In this document: piece after piece, positions 55,101 through 64,000 of the stretch
Numbering within the stretch: position 1 is the stretch's first letter
How the letters are laid out: each line of letters opens with the position of its first letter
From: Auanema rhodensis
Taxonomy: Eukaryota > Animalia > Nematoda
Assembly: GCA_964057225.1 (NCBI GenBank)
Contig: OZ059894.1
Coordinates: forward strand, 20,460,001 to 20,524,000
Direction: 5' to 3'
DNA length: 64,000 nucleotides
Position numbers and translations under genes: made by a program
Notes under the pieces: model-generated
The model's input: the letters and a program-made list of their open reading frames with translations, nothing else
The model's database searches: none
Told to the model about the DNA's origin: nothing

Positions 55101-56161
55101 AAATCGAGGATATAAGTGTGAACTTATATCAGTTGATATCTCGGTGCATTTTTAAGCTAGCGCAAATCTGATAACACAGATCGACGCAGCTTAAAAATCC
55201 GCATCGAATGCACTATACTACATTGAGAAACGCTTGATACAAAAATTAGTTATGATCGTTTGAAAAATGATGCATTAGTTTATGTTGAGTTTCCATGTAC
55301 ACTCAACATTGCTTCCAAAAACATTTTGACAAAAATTTTTTCGAAACATTTCAAAATAATTCAGCAAAAAGTAGATGTTTTTAGATTCCTTTTTTCAAGG
55401 CAAAGACGATGGACAATGTTATTCAACGAAAAAATTAACTCTTCAGGGTGAAAATCGAGGATATAAGTGTGAACTTATATCAGTTGATATCTCGGTGCAT
55501 TTTTAAGCTAGCGCAAATCTGATAACACAGATCGACGCAGCTTAAAAATCCGCATCGAATGCACTATACTACATTGAGAAACGCTTAATACAAAAATTAG
55601 TTATGATCGTTTGAAAAATGATGCATTAGTGTATGTTGAGTTTCCATGTACACTCAACATTGCTTCCAAAAACATTTTGACAAAAATTTTTTCGAAAAAT
55701 TTCAAAATAATTTAGCAAAAAGTAGATGTTTTTAGATTCCTTCTTTCAAGGCAAAGACGATGGACAATGTTATTCAACGAAAAAATTAACTCTTCAGGGT
55801 GAAAATCGAGGATATATGTGTGAACTTATATCAGTTGATATCTCGGTGCATTTTTAAGCTAGCGCAAATCTGATAACACAGATCGACGCAGCTTAAAAAT
55901 CCGCATCGAATGCACTATACTACATTGAGAAACGCTTAATACAAAAATTAGTTATGATCGTTTGAAAAATGATGCATTAGTGTATGTTGAGTTTCCATGT
56001 ACACTCAACATTGCTTCCAAAAACATTTTGACAAAAATTTTTTCGAAACATTTCAAAATAATTCAGCAAAAAGTAGATGTTTTTAGATTCCTTTTTTCAA
56101 GGCAAAGACGATGGACAATGTTATTCAACGAAAAAATTAATTCTTCAGGGTGAAAATCGAG

Positions 56162-59100
56162 GATATAAGTGTAAACTTATATCAGTTGATATCTCGGTGC
56201 ATTTTTAAGCTAGCGCAAATCTGATAACACAGATCGACGCAGCTTAAAAATCCGCATCGAATGCACTATACCACATTGAGAAACGCTTAAAACAAAAATT
56301 AGTTATGATCGTTTGAAAAATGATGCATTAGTGTATGTTGAGTTTCCATGTACACTCAACATTGCTTCCAAAAACATTTTGACAAAAATTTTTTCGAAAA
56401 ATTTCAAAATAATTTAGCAAAAAGTAGATGTTTTTAGATTCCTTTTTTCAAGGCAAAGACGATGGACAATGTTATTCAACGAAAAAAATAATTCTTCAGG
56501 GTGAAAATCGAGGATATAAGTGTGAACTTATATCAGTTGATATCTCGGTGCATTTTTAAGCTAGCGCAAATCTGATAACACAGATCGACGCAGCTTAAAA
56601 ATTCGCATCGAATGCACTATACTACATTGAGAAACGCTTAATACAAAAATTAGTTATGATCGTTTGAAAAATGATGCATTAGTGTATGTTGAGTTTCCAT
56701 GTACACTCAACATTGCTTCCAAAAACATTTTGACAAAAATTTTTTCGAAAAATTTCAAAATAATTTAGCAAAAAGTAGATGTTTTTAGATTCCTTTTTTC
56801 AAGGCAAAGACGATGGACAATGTTATTCAACGAAAAAATTAATTCTTCAGGGTGAAAATCGAGGATATAAGTGTAAACTTATATCAGTTGATATCTCGGT
56901 GCATTTTTAAGCTAGCGCAAATCTGATAACACAGATCGACGCAGCTTAAAAATCCGCATCGAATGCACTATACCACATTGAGAAACGCTTAAAACAAAAA
57001 TTAGTTATGATCGTTTGAAAAATGATGCATTAGTGTCAGTTGAGTTTCCATGTACACTCAACATTGCTTCCAAAAACATTTTGACAAAAATTTTTTCGAA
57101 AAATTTCAAAATAATTTAGCAAAAAGTAGATGTTTTTAGATTCCTTTTTTCAAGGCAAAGACGATGGACAATGTTATTCAACGAAAAAATTAATTCTTCA
57201 GGGTGAAAATCGAGGATATAAGTGTGAACTTATATCAGTTGATATCTCGGTGCATTTTTAAGCTAGCGCAAATCTGATAACACAGATCGACGCAGCTTAA
57301 CAATTCGCATCGAATGCACTATACTACATTGAGAAACGCTTAATACAAAAATTAGTTATGATCGTTTGAAAAATGATGCATTAGTGTATGTTGAGTTTCC
57401 ATGTACACTCAACATTGCTTCCAAAAACATTTTGACAAAAATTTTTTCGAAAAATTTCAAAATAATTTAGCAAAAAGTAGATGTTTTTAGATTCCTTTTT
57501 TCAAGGCAAAGACGATGGACAATGTTATTCAACGAAAAAATTAATTCTTCAGGGTGAAAATCGAGGATATAAGTGTAAACTTATATCAGTTGATATCTCG
57601 GTGCATTTTTAAGCTAGCGCAAATCTGATAACACAGATCGACGCAGCTTAAAAATCCGCATCGAATGCACTATACCACATTGAGAAACGCTTAAAACAAA
57701 AATTAGTTATGATCGTTTGAAAAATGATGCATTAGTGTATGTTGAGTTTCCATGTACACTCAACATTGCTTCCAAAAACATTTTGACAAAAATTTTTTCG
57801 AAAAATTTCAAAATAATTTAGCAAAAAGTAGATGTTTTTAGATTCCTTTTTTCAAGGCAAAGACGATGGACAATGTTATTCAACGAAAAAATTAATTCTT
57901 CAGGGTGAAAATCGAGGATATAAGTGTGAACTTATATCAGTTGATATCTCGGTGCATTTTTAAGCTAGCGCAAATCTGATAACACAGATCGACGCAGCTT
58001 AACAATTCGCATCGAATGCACTATACTACATTGAGAAACGCTTAATACAAAAATTAGTTATGATCGTTTGAAAAATGATGCATTAGTGTATGTTGAGTTT
58101 CCATGTACACTCAACATTGCTTCCAAAAACATTTTGACAAAAATTTTTTCGAAAAATTTCAAAATAATTTAGCAAAAAGTAGATGTTTTTAGATTCCTTT
58201 TTTCAAGGCAAAGACGATGGACAATGTTATTCAACGAAAAAATTAATTCTTCAGGGTGAAAATCGAGGATATAAGTGTGAACTTATATCAGTTGATATCT
58301 CGGTGCATTTTTAAGCTAGCGCAAATCTGATAACACAGATCGACGCAGCTTAAAAATCCGCATCGAATGCACTATACCACATTGAGAAACGCTTAAAACA
58401 AAAATTAGTTATGATCGTTTGAAAAATGATGCATTAGTGTATGTTGAGTTTCCATGTACACTCAACATTGCTTCCAAAAACATTTTGACAAAAATTTTTT
58501 CGAAAAATTTCAAAATAATTTAGCAAAAAGTAGATGTTTTTAGATTCCTTTTTTCAAGGCAAAGACGATGGACAATGTTATTCAACGAAAAAAATAATTC
58601 TTCAGGGTGAAAATCGAGGATATAAGTGTGAACTTATATCAGTTGATATCTCGGTGCATTTTTAAGCTAGCGCAAATCTGATAACACAGATCGACGCAGC
58701 TTAAAGATTCGCATCGAATGCACTATACTACATTGAGAAACGCTTAATACAAAAATTAGTTATGATCGTTTGAAAAATGATGCATTAGTGTATGTTGAGT
58801 TTCCATGTACACTCAACATTGCTTCCAAAAACATTTTGACAAAAATTTTTTCGAAAAATTTCAAAATAATTTAGCAAAAAGTAGATGTTTTTAGATTCCT
58901 TTTTTCAAGGCAAAGACGATGGACAATGTTATTCAACGAAAAAAATAATTCTTCAGGGTGAAAATCGAGGATATAAGTGTGAACTTATATCAGTTGATAT
59001 CTCGGTGCATTTTTAAGCTAGCGCAAATCTGATAACACAGATCGACGCAGCTTAAAAATTCGCATCGAATGCACTATACTACATTGAGAAACGCTTAATA

Positions 59101-61426
59101 CAAAAATTAGTTATGATCGTTTGAAAAATGATGCATTAGTGTATGTTGAGTTTCCATGTACACTCAACATTGCTTCCAAAAACATTTTGACAAAAATTTT
59201 TTCAAAAAATTTCAAAATAATTTAGCAAAAAGTAGATGTTTTTAGATTCCTTTTTTCAAGGCAAAGACGATGGACAATGTTATTCAACGAAAAAATTAAT
59301 TCTTCAGGGTGAAAATCGAGGATATAAGTGTAAACTTATATCAGTTGATATCTCGGTGCATTTTTAAGCTAGCGCAAATCTGATAACACAGATCGACGCA
59401 GCTTAAAAATCCGCATCGAATGCACTATACCACATTGAGAAACGCTTAAAACAAAAATTAGTTATGATCGTTTGAAAAATGATGCATTAGTGTATGTTGA
59501 GTTTCCATGTACACTCAACATTGCTTCCAAAAACATTTTGACAAAAATTTTTTCGAAAAATTTCAAAATAATTTAGCAAAAAGTAGATGTTTTTAGATTC
59601 CTTTTTTCAAGGCAAAGACGATGGACAATGTTATTCAACGAAAAAATTAATTCTTCAGGGTGAAAATCGAGGATATAAGTGTGAACTTATATCAGTTGAT
59701 ATCTCGGTGCATTTTTAAGCTAGCGCAAATCTGATAACACAGATCGACGCAGCTTAACAATTCGCATCGAATGCACTATACTACATTGAGAAACGCTTAA
59801 TACAAAAATTAGTTATGATCGTTTGAAAAATGATGCATTAGTGTATGTTGAGTTTCCATGTACACTCAACATTGCTTCCAAAAACATTTTGACAAAAATT
59901 TTTTCGAAAAATTTCAAAATAATTTAGCAAAAAGTAGATGTTTTTAGATTCCTTTTTTCAAGGCAAAGACGATGGACAATGTTATTCAACGAAAAAATTA
60001 ATTCTTCAGGGTGAAAATCGAGGATATAAGTGTGAACTTATATCAGTTGATATCTCGGTGCATTTTTAAGCTAGCGCAAATCTGATAACACAGATCGACG
60101 CAGCTTAAAAATCCGCATCGAATGCACTATACCACATTGAGAAACGCTTAAAACAAAAATTAGTTATGATCGTTTGAAAAATGATGGATTAGTGTATGTT
60201 GAGTTTCCATGTACACTCAACATTGCTTCCAAAAACATTTTGACAAAAATTTTTTCGAAAAATTTCAAAATAATTTAGCAAAAAGTAGATGTTTTTAGAT
60301 TCCTTTTTTCAAGGCAAAGACGATGGACAATGTTATTCAACGAAAAAAATAATTCTTCAGGGTGAAAATCGAGGATATAAGTGTGAACTTATATCAGTTG
60401 ATATCTCGGTGCATTTTTAAGCTAGCGCAAATCTGATAACACAGATCGACGCAGCTTAAAGATTCGCATCGAATGCACTATACTACATTGAGAAACGCTT
60501 AATACAAAAATTAGTTATGATCGTTTGAAAAATGATGCATTAGTGTATGTTGAGTTTCCATGTACACTCAACATTGCTTCCAAAAACATTTTGACAAAAA
60601 TTTTTTCGAAAAATTTCAAAATAATTTAGCAAAAAGTAGATGTTTTTAGATTCCTTTTTTCAAGGCAAAGACGATGGACAATGTTATTCAACGAAAAAAA
60701 TAATTCTTCAGGGTGAAAATCGAGGATATAAGTGTGAACTTATATCAGTTGATATCTCGGTGCATTTTTAAGCTAGCGCAAATCTGATAACACAGATCGA
60801 CGCAGCTTAAAAATTCGCATCGAATGCACTATACTACATTGAGAAACGCTTAATACAAAAATTAGTTATGATCGTTTGAAAAATGATGCATTAGTGTATG
60901 TTGAGTTTCCATGTACACTCAACATTGCTTCCAAAAACATTTTGACAAAAATTTTTTCGAAAAATTTCAAAATAATTTAGCAAAAAGTAGATGTTTTTAG
61001 ATTCCTTTTTTCAAGGCAAAGACGATGGATAATGTTATTCAACGAAAAAAATAATTCTTCAGGGTGAAAATCGAGGATATAAGTGTGAACTTATATCAGT
61101 TGATATCTCGGTGCATTTTTAAGCTAGCGCAAATCTGATAACACAGATCGACGCAGCTTAAAAATTCGCATCGAATGCACTATACTACATTGAGAAACGC
61201 TTAATACAAAAATTAGTTATGATCGTTTGAAAAATGATGCATTAGTGTATGTTGAGTTTCCATGTACACTCAACATTGCTTCCAAAAACATTTTGACAAA
61301 AATTTTTTCGAAAAATTTCAAAATAAATTAGCAAAAAGTAGATGTTTTTAGATTCCTATTTTCAAAGTAAAGACGATGGACAATGTTATTCAACGAAAAA
61401 ATTAACTCTTCAGGGTGAAAATCGAG
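56162..61426. repeat. Right subdomain M161-M175: dimer alternation followed by a duplicated 5-mer
   Basis: Monomers with ATACCAC+TTAAAAC (often GTGTAAAC) alternate with ATTCGC monomers. M165-169 (57566-59320) is repeated as M170-174 (59321-61075), including the AACAATTC and AAAGATTC variants. Confidence 0.82.
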
Positions 61427-64000
61427 GATATAAGTGTGAACTTATATCAGTTGATATCTCGGTGCATTTTTAAGCTAGCGCAAATCTGATAACACAGATC
61501 GACGCAGCTTAAAAATCCGCATCGAATGCACTATACTACATTGAGAAACGCTTAATACAAAAATTAGTTATGATCGTTTGAAAAATGATGCATTAGTGTA
61601 TGTTGAGTTTCCATGTACACTCAACATTGCTTCCAAAAACATTTTGACAAAAATTTTTTCGAAAAATTTCAAAATAATTTAGCAAAAAGTAGATGTTTTT
61701 AGATTCCTTCTTTCAAGGCAAAGACGATGGACAATGTTATTCAACGAAAAAAATAATTCTTCAGGGTGAAAATCGAGGATATAAGTGTGAACTTATATCA
61801 GTTGATATCTCGGTGCATTTTTAAGCTAGCGCAAATCTGATAACACAGATCGACGCAGCTTAAAAATCCGCATCGAATGCACTATACTACATTGAGAAAC
61901 GCTTAATACAAAAATTAGTTATGATCGTTTGAAAAATGATGCATTAGTGTATGTTGAGTTTCCATATACACTCAACATTGCTTCCAAAAACATTTTGACA
62001 AAAATTTTTTCGAAAAATTTCAAAATAAATTAGCAAAAAGTAGATGTTTTTAGATTTCTTTTTTTAAGGCAAAGACGATGGACAATGTTATTCAACGAAA
62101 AAATTAATTCTTCAGGGTGAAAATCGAGGATATAAGTGTGAACTTATATCAGTTGATATCTCGGTGCATTTTTAAGCTAGCGCAAATCTGATAACACAGA
62201 ACGACGCAGCTTAAAAATCCGCATCGAATGCACTATACTACATTGAGAAACGCTTAATACAAAAATTAGTTATGATCGTTTGAAAAATGATGCATTAGTG
62301 TATGTTGAGTTTCCATGTACACTCAACATTGCTTCCAAAAACATTTTGACAAAAATTTTTTCGAAAAATTTCAAAATAAATTAGCAAAAAGTAGATGTTT
62401 TTAGATTCCTTTTTTTAAGGCAAAGACGATGGACAATGTTATTCAACGAAAAAATTAATTCTTCAGGGTGAAAATCGAGGATATAAGTGTGAACTTATAT
62501 CAGTTGATATCTCGGTGCATTTTTAAGCTAGCGCAAATCTGATAACACAGATCGATGCAGCTTAAAAATCCGCATCGAATGCTTTATACTACATTGAGAA
62601 ACGCTTAATACAAAAATTAGTTATGATCGTTTGAAAAATGATGCATTAGTTTATGTTGAGTTTCCATGTACACTCAATATTGCTTCGAAAAACATTTTGA
62701 CAAAAATTTTTTCGAAAAATTTCAACATAAATTAGCAAAAAGTAGATGTTTTTAGATTCCTTTTTTCAAGGCAAAGACGATGGACAATGTTATTCAACGA
62801 AAAAATTAATTCTTCAGGGTGAAAATCGAGGATATAAGTGTGAACTTATATCAGTTGATATCTCGGTGCATTTTTAAGCTAGCGCAAATCTGATACCACA
62901 GATCGACGCAGCTTAAAAATCCGCATCGAATGCACTATACTACATTGAGAAACGCTTAATACGAAAATTAGTTATGATCGTTTGAAAAATGATGCATTAC
63001 TGTATGTTGAGTTTCCATGTACACTCAATATTGCTTCGAAAAACATTTTGACAAAAATTTTTTCGAAAAATTTCAACATAAATTAGCAAAAAGTAGATGT
63101 TTTTAGATTCCTTTTTTCAAGGCAAAGACGATGGACAATGTTATTCAACGAAAAAATTAACTCTTCAGGGTGAAAATCGAGGATATAAGTGTGAACTTAT
63201 ATCAGTTGATATCTCGGTGCATTTTTAAGCTAGCGCAAATCTGATAACACAGATCGACGCAGCTTAAAAATCCGCATCGAATGCACTATACTACATTGAG
63301 AAACGCTTAATACAAAAATTAGTTATGATCGTTTGAAAAATGATGCATTAGTGTATGTTGAGTTTCCATATACACTCAACATTGCTTCCAAAAACATTTT
63401 GACAAAAATTTTTTCGAAAAATTTCAAAATAAATTAGCAAAAAGTAGATGTTTTTAGATTTCTTTTTTTAAGGCAAAGACGATGGACAATGTTATTCAAC
63501 GAAAAAATTAATTCTTCAGGGTGAAAATCGAGGATATAAGTGTGAACTTATATCAGTTGATATCTCGGTGCATTTTTAAGCTAGCGCAAATCTGATAACA
63601 CAGAACGACGCAGCTTAAAAATCCGCATCGAATGCACTATACTACATTGAGAAACGCTTAATACAAAAATTAGTTATGATCGTTTGAAAAATGATGCATT
63701 AGTGTATGTTGAGTTTCCATGTACACTCAACATTGCTTCCAAAAACATTTTGACAAAAATTTTTTCGAAAAATTTCAAAATAAATTAGCAAAAAGTAGAT
63801 GTTTTTAGATTCCTTTTTTTAAGGCAAAGACGATGGACAATGTTATTCAACGAAAAAATTAATTCTTCAGGGTGAAAATCGAGGATATAAGTGTGAACTT
63901 ATATCAGTTGATATCTCGGTGCATTTTTAAGCTAGCGCAAATCTGATAACACAGATCGACGCAGCTTAAAAATCCGCATCGAATGCTTTATACTACATTG

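Larger units (their letters stand above)
14743..56161. repeat. Central homogenised domain M43-M160, defined by the C239+C254 (ATTCAGC) monomer variant
   Basis: All 43 ORF-track hits lie between 15245 and 56153. The domain is built from a few monomer types: ATTCAG; TAATAT+CCTATT+AAAGTA; CCTTCTTT; AAATTAG+TTTTTAAGG; GATACC+ATACGA+ATTACT. Confidence 0.85.
1..64000. repeat. Tandem satellite DNA array, 351-bp monomer, ~182.3 copies, runs off both ends of the window
   Basis: GATATAAGTGTGAACTTATATC recurs at 1, 352, 703, 1054 ... 7021, 14041, 21061 ... 49141 (exact 351 spacing). After a 1-bp insertion it recurs at 50897 ... 63884. ORF-track starts are also spaced in multiples of 351. No unique sequence or orientation change was seen. 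Confidence 0.99.

Noticed and set aside
15245-56153. 43 copies of a 63-aa ORF as a tandem gene family
   Set aside because: TTG start with no upstream in-frame ATG, a premature stop in about three quarters of monomers, no recognisable domain, and K/F/I/N-rich composition that mirrors the A/T tracts. Sequence inside and outside the ORF is equally conserved.
1-64000. CRISPR array (palindromic repeats at regular spacing)
   Set aside because: There are no unique spacers: the whole 351-bp unit repeats. The period is far too long and no cas genes are present.
1-64000. Pure artefact (rolling-circle concatemer or collapsed repeat)
   Set aside because: Monomers carry shared, hierarchically ordered variants forming domains and higher-order repeats. 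A single-template concatemer or random error would not produce this, although local copy-number errors remain possible.

Overview
The whole window is one uninterrupted, head-to-tail satellite DNA array. It holds 182 complete ~351-bp monomers plus a partial 183rd, all in the same orientation; monomer 1 is about 32% GC by hand count. Monomers differ by only a few substitutions, and there is one net indel in 64 kb (+1 T near 50617). I found no supportable gene, RNA gene, CRISPR array or inserted mobile element. The 43 near-identical 63-aa ORFs are a by-product of one monomer variant (CAG in place of TAG at monomer position 254) and serve best as a lineage marker. The real structure sits at two scales. 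Within the monomer there are several inverted repeats and dense A/T tracts. Along the array, variant monomers form spatial domains and local higher-order repeats (2-, 3-, 4-, 5- and 13-mers), with recombinant monomers among them. This fits a eukaryotic, probably invertebrate, heterochromatic or (peri)centromeric satellite under active homogenisation. I could not identify the family or species, and I cannot support a novel gene-based system here. Notation: M<n> is monomer n, starting at 351*(n-1)+1, or +2 after M145; p<n> is position within the monomer. Variants were typed by eye, so a few may have been missed.
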